Position numbers and translations under genes: made by a program
The notes under the pieces: generated by a model
What the model saw: the letters and a program-made list of their open reading frames with translations, nothing else
Database searches by the model: none
Told to the model about the DNA's origin: nothing
Source of the DNA: the human T2T-CHM13v2.0 reference genome, Homo sapiens
Assembly: GCF_009914755.1 (NCBI RefSeq)
Contig: NC_060929.1
Direction: 5' to 3' (one strand)
Length of the DNA stretch: 64,000 nt
Shown here: piece by piece, positions 1-18,700 of the stretch
How the letters are laid out: each line of letters begins with the position of its first letter
How positions within the stretch are numbered: the stretch's first letter is position 1

Positions 1-386
1 GAGGCACAAAGAAGAGGTTAAGTAACTTGCCCAAGTTGACTCAGTCATAAATGGTGAGATTAGAACCCAGGTAGTTCAGATTCAGATGTTGTGGTCTTAA
101 CTATTCACTCTGTTGCCTCTTTTCAGCTTCTGATGCCATCCCCTTTCATCTTCCAGTCTCCAAAAACACATTGAGCATGCCTCTAATTCTTCATTCAAAT
201 TATTGTTTAAAAAAACAAAACAAAACAAAAACCCTATGGACCAGAGAAGTCCAGGGCCAAGGGTGGAGCCTCTAGAGATCTCCTTTTGCACGGGCCTTAT
301 TCTATTTGTCCAGAATTCTTGACAGTGATTACTTGACCAGCTGCAAGGTTATAAAACTGGGATCCAGCTGTGGCTGTTCACCATAG

Positions 387-1884
<1,498 letters not shown>

Positions 1885-2236
1885 TGAAGGTCACTTGGCT
1901 TTATTTTATTTTTTACTGTGGTAGAATAGCATAAGATTTACCACTTTAACCATTTTTAAGTGTGCAATTCAGTGATATTAGGTACCCTCAAAATGTCATA
2001 TAATCATCACTAGTATGTAGTATATTTCCAGAACTTTTTCATCGTCACAAACAAAAACTCCATCCATTAGATGAGAACTCACCACTGCTCTCCCTCCAGC
2101 CTCTGGTCATGTCTATCCTACTTTCTGTCTTTATGATTTGCCTTGTCTAGATATTTCATATAAATTGGAATCACACAGCATTTGTCCTTTTGTGTCTGAG
2201 TTATTTCACTTAGCCTAACATTTTCAAGATTAATCT

Positions 2237-2525
2237 GGCTGGGCACGGTCACACCTGTAATCCCAGCACTTTGGGAGGCGGAGGTGGGAGGATCGCTTGA
2301 GCCCAGGAGTTCAAGGTCAGCTTGGTCAACATAGTAAGACCCTCGTCTCTACAAAAATAAAAATAAAAAAAATTAGCTGGGCAGGGTGGTGCGTACCTGT
2401 GGTCTCAGCCACTTGCGAGGCTGAGGCAGAAGGATCGCTTGAGCCCAGAAGTTGAAGGCTACAATGAGCTATGATTGCACCACTGGACTCCAGCCTGGAT
2501 GACAGAACAAGACCCTGTCTCACAA
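2237..2525 (+). mobile_element. Alu (J-like) inserted in an old L1 fragment (~1900-2690)
   Basis: ggctgggcacgg...cctgtaatcccagcactttgggagg; flanks resemble an antisense L1M 3' end. Confidence 0.85.
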
Positions 2526-3020
2526 CAGATGCGTCCATATTGTAGCAGGTGTCAGTGCTTCCTGTCTTTTTAAGGCTGATGTTCCATTGTATGGATGTAG
2601 CACATATTGTTAATCCATTCACCTGTCGATGGACACCAGGTTGTTTCCACCTCTTGGCCGTCATGAGTAGTGCTGCTCTGAAGTTTATGAATTGTAGACA
2701 GGGTCTTGCTGTGTTGCCCAGGCTGCTTGTTAACTGTTATTTCATAACCCTGCTGTTGGGTTCTCCCCAGTCTTTTCCACGAAAACGGCTCTTGTCAAGG
2801 TCCCCAGTGGCCTCCATGCTGCTAAAGCCAAGGGAGATTTTCAGCTCTTGTTTCACTTGATTTCATCGGCAGCTTCTGACTCACTCAGTCTCATTTCTCC
2901 TCGATATTGTCTCTTTGTTTGGCTTACAGGATTTCTTTCTTTTCCTCTGCCTCTCTGCACAGATGCTTTTTCTCAGTCCCTCTTCTTGTTTCTCCCCTTT
3001 CCCCTTTCTCCTTCTGCTAG

Positions 3021-4617
<1,597 letters not shown>

Positions 4618-4874
4618 TGATGGCCTGTTTTCCCTGTGATGCTCGTCACTGTCTATAATATTATATACTTCACTTACTTATTATGTTTGTTTCTTCTCTC
4701 CTCCCACCTCCATTGGAAGCATGATTCAGGAGGGCAAGGATTTTTGTGTTTTTTTGTTTACTGATATGGCTCACCTAGAATAGTGCTTGGTACATGTAGG
4801 GACTCAATATATATTTGTTGAATGAATCAGTGAAGGAAGGAAGTATGATAATGTGGGAAGGGGTCTCCAATCTA

Positions 4875-5500
<626 letters not shown>

Positions 5501-6659
5501 ATACATTTTTAAAATGAGTTAGGGTCAAGAAAAGGTGGCTTTCTGGTATGCCCAGGTGTCATGGACATTAGAGCTGTTTGCTGTGCAGCAGCTGTCCCCA
5601 TTCTCCTGAAACATTCCCCCATTTTCCTTTGGGACAAATCCCCACCCACCATCAGTCAGTCCATGTGGTGGATCACCTGCGGCTGACTCCAGGCTTCACT
5701 TCAAAGGGGCAGTGACTCTTGGTGACTCAGTGATTGGTTCAGGGCTGGGAGCATTTCACATTTCACCATGTTGCCCAGGCTGGGCCGATGAGACTGAGTC
5801 CTGAGACTTCTGCTTGTACTGCACTGTTGGAATGGGGACGGCTTCTTCCCTCAAAGCTGGACGTAAGCTCAGACCTGCCTTAGCCAACTTGACGCGTTTT
5901 TGGAAGAGCCTGCCTGGAAATGAAGGCAGTGCAGAAGAGCACTGGGCTACAGATGTGGAGAAAGATCACATTTGAAAGCCTCTTCTGTACTGCCTGACCT
6001 ACTCCTAAACTTGACTTTCCATTTAGAGAAACCCCTTTTCACTGATCAGTTTGAGTTGGGATTCTGTCACTCGCACAACCACTTACAGTACACCTCCACG
6101 AGCATCCGAACCGGGGAGTGAGGAGGGACGGGTTGGGGCCTGGGGGGTGTGTGGGATGTGTGGCCCCAGTGGTCTTCCCAAGTGAGAGAGGCTGAGCACA
6201 TGGAGGGCACTCACTTAGCAGTGCTAGATGGAGGTGGCATGAAAACAGATTGCCTTGGCCTTGTCCTAGAAGCGCTCTCAAGCTGTCAGCGGAGAAGGTC
6301 ATGAGCATGAACGGGGCAAACAAGACCAAGGGCTCCTACCATGCCTGAGCTGCAGGCTAAGCTGAGATGGATTCTGCCCCTCCACTCCACCCCCACGCCC
6401 CAGTGCAACAGAAAGCCCAGTTCCAGCACAGACGAAGGGGGGCCTGGGCTCTGCCACTTACTAGGGGTGCTCTGGGGTAAGTCACTGAACTTTCTGAGCT
6501 CGTGTCCTCATAGGTAAAATGGCAATCATGTCCACTTCATAGGAGTGCTGTAAGGGTGAAATGAGGTCATGCGTGGCAAGAACTCAGCATGAGCCTGGCT
6601 CACAGAACACTCTCAGCAGCAGTCAGCTGCCACAACCAGCGTTTGTTGGTGTTCTCTCC

Positions 6660-7900
6660 CAGCTAAGGAGTCCGCCTGGTGCCGCGGGTGCAGTTTCCAA
6701 AAACACCAGCAGGTGGCGCCCCGACCCCAAAAGAGCCCCCGTCGCTGGCCTTCCCAGGGCCGGGAGGGGCTGGGCTGGGCGGCCTGTTGAATCTCGGCCA
6801 GTTAGACCCGCGATCTTTCCCGCTGCACGGGGACCCGTGCGTGAACTCCTCTCAATTCTCTGTGGTCTCTGGCACAAGGAAGAGGGGGTCTGGGTCACCA
6901 TGGGATAGTTGGGGAGCCTGTTTTCCATCCGTGTTGTGTAACGGCACGGCCTTCGGAGACAGCCTGGGCAAAGTTGAGGAAATACCCGGGTTGGAGCGGA
7001 TAGGAGACTTTGAGAACGGGCGGGATCCCGACGCGCAGGCTGATTTTTGAGTGCCTGCGGCTGAACTCGGGGCGCCGCTGGGCCTGGTGCTGCGGTAGGA
7101 GGATGACCCATATGACCTGTATTCGCTTCCTTTCAGAGTGCGGGCGAGCGGGGCTGCGCTTCGCGGAAGACTCCGGGCAGTGCTGGGCACTGGGACGCGG
7201 GGAGTCTGGAAATTCTGCGTCTGGCCAGCAGAGGGAGGCGGAGAGCCCGCCCCCCCCGCGCCCCCCCCGAACCCGTGCCCAGGCCTGGCCCGGCTCCCCC
7301 AGCCCGAGCTCCCCCTGCGGGAACCTTCCCGGCTTGGCCGCTCCTCCCTGGGCAGGACTCGACATGTCCCGTGTCCCTTCATTTTGGAAAAAGTCTTGCC
7401 CTCCTCTCCCCGCCCAGCTTCTTGGAGGAGCGCGTGGGTTAAGGGGAGGGTCAGTTTCAACCCGAACTCAACCCTAACCGCGCCGCGCGCCCCGCTCCCT
7501 GGGCCTCAGTGCGGGTGATGGCACGGACTGGCCACTCTAATTCTAGCAGCTGCGAATTCCTGGGACAGGGTGGGGTGACCTCCACTAGGGTAGAGACTGG
7601 GGGGGGCACAAGGGGCTTCTTCCCCTAACCCCCATCAACCCAGGCCTGGACGGCCAGCTGGACCTCCGGAAGCGCGGGCTGCCCACCCCATACCACCCCG
7701 GCCAGTTCCCGGGACTCTCCTGGACAGGCTCCCGGAGGCCCACAAAGGCCCTTAGATGCCGTTCTGGGCCAGGCTCTGCCGGGGCCCTGGGCCGGCGGCC
7801 GGCTGCCGGCTGGCTCTCGGCACTGCAAGTCCCTGGCACTCCTGTGGGGCTTTGTCCACCAGCCCTGGCCCCATGCTGGCCGGGCCTCGTCGCTGGGGGA
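6660..7900. promoter_or_regulatory. Upstream CpG island (orphan promoter/enhancer candidate)
   Basis: Non-repetitive, GC- and CpG-dense stretch with long C runs (7246-7268), ~7 kb upstream of PSD2 exon 1. Confidence 0.75.
6689..6722 (+). promoter_or_regulatory. CTCF motif (core plus upstream module), forward
   Basis: TGCAGTTTCC-aaaaa-CACCAGCAGGTGGCGCCCC matches the core CCAGCAGGTGGCGC and the upstream TGCAG module. Confidence 0.8.
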
Positions 7901-9840
7901 GGGATTGCACAGGCAGGTCGTAGAGCTTGGGCAGTCTCCCTTTCTCCAGCCCGTGGCCTTGCTCTCCTCCAGGTGACTGGCCCCTTACCTCAGCCTTGCT
8001 GGCCCCCACAGCCAGGGCTGTCCAGTGAGCAAAGAGTGTGAGTCCTCCCCACGCTCCCTCCTGGCTAACATGGGAGTGGTGGGTCACGTTGTCCTCGTTT
8101 GCAGACCAGACCGGGGGCTCCAGGGATCTTCCCCAGGCCTCCGTGGCTCCCTGCCCCGGCTCCTGACTGCACGGTTTCCCTACTGTGGGCCTGTCAGGGT
8201 TGCGGCCCAGGCATGCGTTTGTCCCTGGCCACTCACTCTTTCATTCATTCTTCGGTTCATCACTCTTTGGATACCAACTTCATCCAGGCCCTGGGCTCAG
8301 GGAGGAGCTGGGGACTGAGAGGGAGTGTGCAGGGTCCTTGCGCTCATGGAGTGTCCAGTCCAGACAGTCACGACACAGTATGACATGTGCTGTGATAGAG
8401 GCAGACCTGCCCGGCCTGGGGGCACCTCCTCAGAGAGGCCTTCACTGAACACCTGACTGAAGTAGCCCTACCCACCAGCCAGCTGCAGTCACACACCAGG
8501 TTTTGTTTGTTTGTGTGTTTCGAAGCCCTTCTAATATTTACAGCTGACTTCTTCCTTTATTAAGGAAGGATCGCTAGAGCCTGGGAGGTCAAGGCTGTAG
8601 TGAGCCGAGATCATGCCCCTGCATTCCAGCCTGGGTATTCCTGTCTCTAAAAGAAAAACAAAAAACAAAACAAAACAAAAACAAAAAGAAACTCACTCAA
8701 CAAACTAGGAATAGTGGGCACTCATTATATGAGTGCTTCAGTAAATGCCCACTGGGTGCCAGGCACTGTTCCAGCCCCCTGGGAATCTACAAGGGAGAGA
8801 GGAAAATTCTTACCCTCATGGAGCCTATGGCCTAGTGATGGCAGCGGTGGTGGGGACACAGACCATTCCCAGAAAGGACAAGCATATGGTATATACATAT
8901 GTGTTATGGAGGAAAAGAAGGCGGGGAAATGGGAGATGTGGATGAAGGAGGGGGTAGAATTTTAGTAGAGTGGTCAGAAAAGGTGACATTGGAAGAGAGC
9001 GCTGAAGGAAGTGAGGGGTGGGCGGTGCGGATACCTGGGGGAGGAGTGTTTTAGGCAGAGAGCAGCACGGGGCCGGGCGGGCGCTGAGGTGGGAGTGTCC
9101 CTGGTGCTTTGGAGGAACAGGGAGGGGACCGGTGTGTCTGCAGGAGAATGAGGTCAGAGGAGTGGTGGGGGCCAGATCTTATGGGATTTTGTGGCCTGCG
9201 TAAAGACTTGGTTTGAGTCTGGGCACGGGAGCTCGCGCCTGTAATACCAGCACTTTGGGAGGCTGTGGCAGGAGGATCACTTGAGCCCAGGAATTCGAGA
9301 CCAGGCTGGCCTTGTGGTCGTGATGTTTACGGCAAAGAGGAAGAGGAGGTCAGTGTGGGTTGGGTTAAGATGGAACTGCTCTTTGGATATCCTAGTGGCA
9401 ACTTCAGGTCAGCACTTGGGTGTTGGGGTCTGACCTCAGGTGGAAAGGTCCAGGTTGGAGAATCACACACCGAGAAGCTTCAGGGTTTAGCTGGGCTTTG
9501 AAGCTGGGCTGGGGTCATCATGGGAAAGAGTGAGATGGAGAAGACCGAGGACTGAGCCCTGGGAGCTCTGGCATTGGAGGTCAGAGAGGGGCGGAGAAAC
9601 TAGCAAAGGAAGATGAGAAGGTGCAGCCAGAGAGGCAGGAGGAAAAACATGACAGTGAGGAGTCCTGGAAGTCAAGGGAAGAAAGTATGTCAAGGAGGAA
9701 GCGGGGATGAACGGTGTCAGATGCTGTCAGGAAGCTAAGACCAGGCCTGTGAATGGACTTTTGGATTTAGCATTGTGGCAGTCACTGAGGACTAGGCCAC
9801 AGTCTAGCACCATGTACAAACTTTAGAAAATGGTGGCCAT

Positions 9841-10150
<310 letters not shown>

Positions 10151-10184
10151 AGAAAATGGTGGCCATTCCAGGTGGACCTGGCTA

Positions 10185-10725
<541 letters not shown>

Positions 10726-11776
10726 AAAGAAAAAGGCATCTCTTCCCCTGACAGATACAACCTTGCATCAGGACACACAGCATGGTGAAAGGAGAACAGG
10801 TTGGGTTTTAGCTACCTCTCCATCCTTCATGTAACCCAGCACCCTTGTGCAGTGCCCAGCCTGCACATCTGTACTCAGCAACTGTGTTGGTGACTTTGAT
10901 GAGTGGTGTCAGTGGACTGTACAGGGAGATAAGAGCTAGACTGGAGTTCCTTTGAGAGACAGGAATTAGAGACAGCCAGCATGGACAACTTTTTCAAGGA
11001 GCTTTGCTGTAATAGGTAAAGAGAAATGGGATGGTAGCTGGGGAGTGGAGAGGAATTAGCCAAATGAGAGTGCGTGAAGGGGAAGGCATCCCAGGCAGAG
11101 AGCCTGCCTAAGCAAAGGGAGGTCACTAGAAATGGTTGAGGGGGAATGAGTGTGGGAGGGGTCCTAGGACATCAAATTTGAGGTGGGAAGTGTCAGGAGA
11201 GGGGACATAGAATAGGTGAATTGGGGCCTTCATCTTGGGGTCGTGGGGGTGCTGGGGACAGGGGCAGGTTACAACAAAGCTGTGAACACAGTAGGTGCTT
11301 ATTGAGCTCTCTGGGATTGGCCTGGGGAATCCCTACCCAGGCACCCCACCTGGGCCTCAGGCTTCCAGCTGGAAGATGGGAGAATTGGGTGTTTTAGGGG
11401 TCCTCTGAGTCAAGCCTCTTCTGGGTTGGACCCAAATGAGTCCTCCCAATTGGTGGGTCCCTCTGTCCCTGCCCAAGGTGCTGACCATGCCCAATGCAGC
11501 TGGCCCCCCCTCCCCCCATAACTTTCATGCTCTCCTGGGGACCAGTCAAGGGCCAGGCGGTAAACCATGGGAAAAGGCCCCTCCATGTGCAAGGGTCTTT
11601 GGTTCAGCCTTGGCACCTGCTTCTTATGAGACCCCCTCAGGTGAGGAGGCGGGGTGGGGGAGGAAAGGGAGGTCACTTGGAGGAACAGGGAGAAGCTGCG
11701 CATTCTTCTTTCCCTTGAGGAATGGGGGAAATATCGTCTATTCTGGCTCCTGGGTAGGGGGATGTTGACCCTGCTG

Positions 11777-12331
<555 letters not shown>

Positions 12332-14539
12332 TGACCCTGCTGTCTTTCAGGAGGCGAAGGTAGCCACAAGGAACAGTAACAATACTCCCCTCTCCAGTGT
12401 CCATGGCACCCAGAACACTCACACAGAGCTCACCTGTGGCCTCCAGGCAGCCCTCTGAGCCCTAGGGAGCTAGTTCCACTTGACGGAGGGGAAAGGAAGG
12501 TTCAGGAAAGGGTACAGCTGCCCATAGCCACACAGCTAGGAAGTGTGGGTTGGGGGGACTGGACTAGAACCCGGGTCTCCTTGCCCCTGCCACAGGCTCC
12601 CAGAGCTACAAAGGACAGGGGGCAGATCCAGGGGGCAGAGACTAGGTTCTGTGTGCCAGCCCAGCGCAAGTTAGCTGGAGAGACAGCTATGTCTACCTTT
12701 CCCCTTTCCCTGTTCTTTCCTTCCACATAATTTATTAAGCCATGCTGAGTGTTAGGTGCTGAGGATACACTGTGAACCCTTTCAAGGGGCTCAGAGTCCA
12801 TCCAGTGGACAACAATTAAATAGTGCATTCCATGAGTAAGTAATCATTACAGCTGGAACAGCCATGGCCCATTGAGTGCATCTGTGTGCCAGGTCTTGAG
12901 CACATCAGCTCTTTCGGTCCCCATCCTAGCCTCACAAAGAGGGGGACTGCTACCATCCTCATTGGGCAGATGAGGAAGTAGGAGCCCAGAAAGGTGGTCC
13001 AGCTGTGACTTGAGGGCATGGGTGCCAAGGGTGGGGAATGTGGTATCTAAGCCCTGCCATGAGCACTTCCCTCCACAGCCCCTGCTGGTCGCCACCCTTC
13101 TCTGCCTACAGGTAGCAGAGGGCAGGGGGGTAGAATGCAGGACAGCAGGGAAGCCAAGCTCCCTCTGTGCCCTTTAAGATCCTGGGCACCTGCACAGAGA
13201 GTGGCTCCCTTGTTTCTGGGCTCTGCGGTAATGTCCTAGGGTTTGATGGGCAGTGAAGGATGTGGTCTGAGTGCCCTCTTAATTGACCAGCTGTGCTCAC
13301 AGATTCAGATCTCCTGGGATCATGAGCAAGTGACTTATGCTCTCCAAGTCTCAGTTTTCTCATCTGTAAAACGGGTTGTAGGATTGTTTTGAGAATTAAA
13401 TATGACACATGAAGAGCACTTGGTAGATGCTTGGTTGTCAGAGGTGTCACCATGGTTGATGAAGTCCCAGCTCCTGCTGTTGCCCAGCTTGAAGGGAGGG
13501 AGACTACGCACAGCTCAGATTCCACACCTCCAATTACTGCCACCCTAAGAGGTCAGCAAATCCTCTTCCTGCTCCCTAAGAAGAGTCCATGTTTGTGTGT
13601 TCATGGGTGGAAAGAAGGTCAGAGAAGACTTCATGAAGGAAGGGGCATTTAAGGAGGAATTTGAGGGTTCAGTAGGAGTTCACTGAGCACAGCAGGATCA
13701 AGGCCCCACCGGGCAGAGTGTGGATCATCTGCTGAGGTCTGGAGATGGAAGCAACTGGGTGTGGTGAACCCCCCAGGGGCTGGAGTAGGGGAGAGGGGTA
13801 GAAAGTGGCCTCCAGTGGCAGGGCCTGACTCTATCCTGATTTCCCTTCTCCCAGGCACTGGGCCTGCTCCCCACGCCCTCCTTAGATCCCTGTGGGTGGG
13901 GGCCCTTTAATGCCTCTCTGAGAGGCGGACTCTTACTCTGCAGGTGCCTCACAGCCAGGAAGTTCTTAATGTCTAGCCCAGGTACAGCCAGTCAACCCTC
14001 TTCTTCAGTTAGAGTCCTGGGCTGAGGGGGGCGGCTTCAGGGCCTTGACTTGCCCTTGGGGAGACACCGTGGGACAGGTGCCTTGGGAGATGGTTTCCTC
14101 TGCCCAGGGCACCCTCTGTCTCTCTCTGTCTCCTTATATCTGCCCAGGGAGGCTTCCCCTTGACCTGGCACAGGGATGTGGATTCTTGGTTGGACCCACC
14201 CCTCACCTCCCGCCTCCCTCAGGTTCTTTCTCCTTTGTCTCTTTCTCCTCTCTCCTGCCTCCTCCCATCCCACTCTGTCCCGAGGCTCCTTCTCACCCCA
14301 CAGCCCAGGTCTCCGTCCCGTCCCGTGTGACTCTAGGTCTCAGGGGCTCAGTCTCCCTCTCTGAGATTCTTCACCTTGGCCCCCCGCACTCCCTGCTCCT
14401 CCCTTGGCGGCGTCTCCCGGGGGCTGGCGTGTGTGTCGGGGGGCTGGGGGCAGGGGTCACTCCCTGAACAGACCGCGGGAGGAGGGCCAGGACCCGCCCC
14501 CTCCTTCACCTCCAGGGCCTGGCGGGTCCCGAGAGCTCA

Positions 14540-15700
14540 GGTTCTAGACCGGTGGGTCCTGCCTGGAGGGCGGAGGTGGTTGGGTCTGCCCGAGGGTTCG
14601 AGGACGGCAGGGGCCCAGCGTGGCTAGGAGGGGGCAGAACCCCGGGCGCTCCCCTCCCCCCCTTTCTTAAAGGGCCCGCGCGGGGCAGAGGGGGACAAGG
14701 TGGGCCGCGCTCTCCCCGGCACGCTCGGGGTCCCGGGGCGAGCGCTGCGCTGCAGGCGGACAGGGCTGGGGGCCGCGCTTCCCTCCGGGCTCCGCGCCCG
14801 CCGCTCGCGCGCCCGCAGTGCCCCCGCCCTTCCCCGCCCTTCCCGCTCCTCCCTCCTCCTCCTCCTCCAGCTCACGGCTCCGCTCCCTCCCTCCTGCCGT
14901 CCGTCCCCCTCGCTCAGCCTCTCCACATCGCGGCTCCGGCACCTGAAGGGACGCGGGCGGGCGCGGGCAGCTCCGACCGGCGGCGGCGGGGCGGGACAGG
15001 CAGCCCGGCGGCCTCCGATGGCCCCGCCGTGAGAGGCCGGACCCGCGGCGGGGACCAGCAGCGGTGAGTGGGGCCGCGGGGCTCCGGGACCCGCCCCTCC
15101 CCGCTGGCGGCCAGGCCGGGGCGGGAGCGGCCGGGGAGAGGGCCGCGTGCGGGGTGGGGGGCGTCGCCCTCGCCCTCGGTGCCCACCCGGGTCCGCTAAC
15201 AAAGCTACATTTCCAGATCAATTCCGCGGCGTCTGGAGCATCCGAAGGATACGGTTGTCATGGAGATGGGGCCGAGAGAGGAAGCCCGGGCTGGCCGGGT
15301 CTGGGCCGGGGAGAGGGGGCGCCGCGGGAAAGCCCGAGCCCAGCCTGAGGGACGGTGGGGGCTGCCGGGCCGATTGTCTCCCGGCTCCGCCACCCACTAC
15401 CCTCTCCCCGCTTTTGTATAATCTGGGGGTACGCGTGTGCGTGGGGGGTGCCAGTGGCAGCCTGGTGGTCGGGGATCGGGGCATTGGGTACCGGGGCCTG
15501 CCGGCAGCCACCTTCACGAGGCTGCAGCTTTGAGGATTTATTTCTGTTTCCAGTTTCCCAACTTTGACAGCCCTGCTTGGCGGCCAGGCCTCCCCGGCTC
15601 TGCAGCTAGAGCGGGGGCTCGCACGGGGGCGTGGCAGTCAGGGCTGAGGAGGCACATAATGGCCGAGGCGGCAGCGGGAGGGAGGGGTCCCAGGAGCGGG
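14540..15700 (+). promoter_or_regulatory. PSD2: CpG-island promoter of PSD2
   Basis: Very high GC and CpG density, multiple GC boxes (GGGCGG/CCGCCC), TATA-less; spans exon 1 and its donor. Confidence 0.88.
14870..15063 (+). other. PSD2: Non-coding exon 1 (5'UTR); start approximate
   Basis: Strong donor CAGCG|GTGAGT at 15063/15064 inside the CpG island; the next acceptor is exon 2 at 28480. Confidence 0.78.
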
Positions 15701-18700
15701 CTGCTGGGGCTGGGTGCAGAGGGAGTCCAGACTGGGGACAACCCTGCCCAGCGGGCCCCCTCGGAGGAGGAGGTATTCAGCTGTTCCTAGAGGATGCAGG
15801 GACTCCCCGGAATGATCACTGGGGGCATTGTTTTTGCATAGGCCCAGGGGGCCACTGTCTCAAGCCCACCCCTTTGTCTTGGGGCCATCTTGGGGGGGCC
15901 AGGAAGAGAACAGGGAGCAGAAGCAGCAGTCACAATGGAAGAGGGCCTAAGACTCCTGGCAGCCTGGGGATAAGCCAGGCTGAATTTGATGGGGATCAGC
16001 GAGAGGGCTCAGGATTTGGCCAGGGCAGGTGGGCAGCCTGGGTTTGGACTTTCCTGGGTTCCCCAGTTCCTTTTTCTAGATCCTACAAACAAGAGCTGCT
16101 TAATAGTGGTTGGGGGTGGGGGGGTTCACTGGGCTGGGACTGCCTCCAAACCCAACCCGTGGCCCAGGGCAGTTGCAGTCGTTCTTTCATTCTTCCACCC
16201 TCTCCCCAGGACTTTAGGAACCTGTCTCCCAGGGAAGCTACAAGTTCTGGGGCCTGGGATCTCCGAATCAGTAAAATGTGCCTGCTGTCCTCCCAGCAGC
16301 CCCTTTCCCCAATATATGCGGGAAGCAGGGAACAGGGGCTTTTGAGTGGGGCTACTGCAAAGTTTGGTCCTGGTGGAAACATAGCAGGTCCCTAGGGTTT
16401 GGCCAGAGCCCCCAAAAGATTCCCACGCAGTGGGGTGAGTAGGTGGGTGTGGCCCAGCTAAAGGAGGATGACTGGGTTGTCCTTGGAAGGCCTCCCTCAC
16501 TGGTGCCTCTTGCAAGGTTGAAGTCTCAATGCTTGGGTGAATTGCACCCTGCAGCCCAGGGATGCCCCCAGAGGCCTCCCCGCTGCAGCTTGTCCTGGTC
16601 TGACAACTATGGGGTGCACGCTCCACAAGCAGACCTGACAAATAGTGCCTCCCAGGGTCTTCCCTGAAGGGAGAGAGCAAAGATAGCTGGAAGGAATGAC
16701 TTCCTGCTCTAGACAGGACTGAGAGAGAGAGTGTGGCTGGGGGGTATTACCTCACCTAGCTTCCACATATGGAGCATATGTGCTAAGTACCCTCATAACA
16801 GTCTTTAGAGGGAGGCACTACCCTTATTCCCATTTTGTGGTAGAGCTGTTTGTTCAAAGTCTCCTGGTTAGTAAGTGGCAGAGTGAGGATTTGCACTTGG
16901 CCAGAACTGTCTGATACTCAGACCTGTGTCCCCATCCTCTCCTCTTCTTCCCTGGAGACACAATTTAGGAGAGAGGTGGGAGGTGGGATAGAGTGTCTCT
17001 CCATCTGGGCAAGAGGGTGACCTTGGGAAAAACAAGCACTAAGCTGTAGTTTCCTAGGGAGGTGGGATCAAGGCATTCCCATTCCGGACGTTGGCTTGCA
17101 GGAGATCAACACTGCCTCTCACAACAGACGATGCTCTAGACCTCCTTTGCCAGATGGTCTTTTCCAGGAAAATCTGTTTTGAGCGGCATCTTATGTCTGA
17201 GGCTCCGTATTTAGACTGGCTCTCCAAACAGGAGGATACACTTAGGCTGTCGCCCCTTGAGGGGTGTTTGGGGGAGTTGGGTGGGCTTGGGGCCAGACCT
17301 GGCTCCTTGCCACAGCTCAATGGAGGGGGAGGGGCCCATGTTCCTGCCCTGGTCTCCCTGGGACCAGCTTGTTTTCCTTGTCCCTCTAAGCCGGCTTGCC
17401 CACAGGTGAGTCCGTTTCCTCAGGGTCTGGCCCCCTTTTCAGGTGGTAAGCCACTCCAGCGCTGTGCCTGCCTGGCCTGGGCTGGCCTGTGGGCTGGCCC
17501 ACAGCTCTGCATGCTCAGGTTTGTGGACTGCCCTGGGGAAGGAATGTCCTCTCCTCTGACTCCTGCCCCAAAATTCCAACCCCTGAGCTCCCCTCTTTGG
17601 AACGTCTCCCTCCACTCCCTTCCTTCTCCCACCTTACTTTTTATCTTGTCAAAGCTGATAGTATAGTGAACACCCACCTACATACCCTTCACCTAGAGAC
17701 CTAGATTTGCCAGTTGTTAACATTTTGCCACATTTGTTTCTCTCTCTCTCTCTTTCTCTCTCTCTCTCAATCTTTTGAAAGTAAGTTGCCAACATTATAA
17801 CACTTCACCTCTAAATACTTCAGCATGAATTTCCTGAGACAGGGACATTTTTCTACAAAAATAATGCATTGTTATCATACCCAAGAAGTTTAGTAATCAT
17901 CCAGTTTAACCTAACATGTAGTCCATATTTAAATTTCTCTAGTTGTCTCAGTAAAGTCCTTTATAGCTGTTTTTTTTAATTTGATCATGGAACATACATT
18001 GCATTTAGTTATTATGGCTCTTTAGTGTTTCAATCTGGATGAATCCCTGGCTTTTTTGAGATTTTTTTTAATGACATTGTCAATTTGGAAGGCTTGTGAT
18101 ACGTCTCACATCCTGGATTTGTCTTCTTGCTTGCTTGTGATTAGAGTCAAGTTAACCATTTTGGGGCAAGAATATCTCATAGATGATGTCATGTCCTTCT
18201 CAGTGCATGATATTGGCAGGCACCTGTTATTAGTTTGTCCTGTAGTAGGTGGTGGTAAGTTAGGTCACTTGGCTCAGGGGTCCCTGTATTTCAATTCTGT
18301 TCCTCCCCCTTCCCTACCTCCAGAAGCTTCATCTACCTGGTAATCTGCGCACCAGGTCAGCAAATCTGACTGAACCCCTACATCAGACCAGATGCTGGAG
18401 AATAGAGAAGCAGACAGAAACTTTCAGGGAGCTCAAAACTTCAGGGTTGGGAGTGGGGGAGCCACAACTCAGACAGGTGCTGTTGGTGGGGGAGAGGGGA
18501 AGCCCAGAGAAAGTAGTGAGAGGCACAGCAAGGGGAGAGGGCATGGGGGCCAGACAGGAAGGGAGGCCCAGGCCACAGCTAGCCTGGAATGTGGGCTGAG
18601 GGGTTGGCCTTTTCCCCAAGGGCACTTCAAAACCACTGAAGGGTTTTGAAGAGGGGATGATGAGGCAGTTTGGAGTGTTGGAAAGGCACTCTGAGGAGGA

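Noticed and set aside
14552-16395. Several 100-254 aa ORFs on both strands
   Set aside because: Expected in a GC-rich CpG island (few stop codons); most use non-ATG starts and have no recognisable domain
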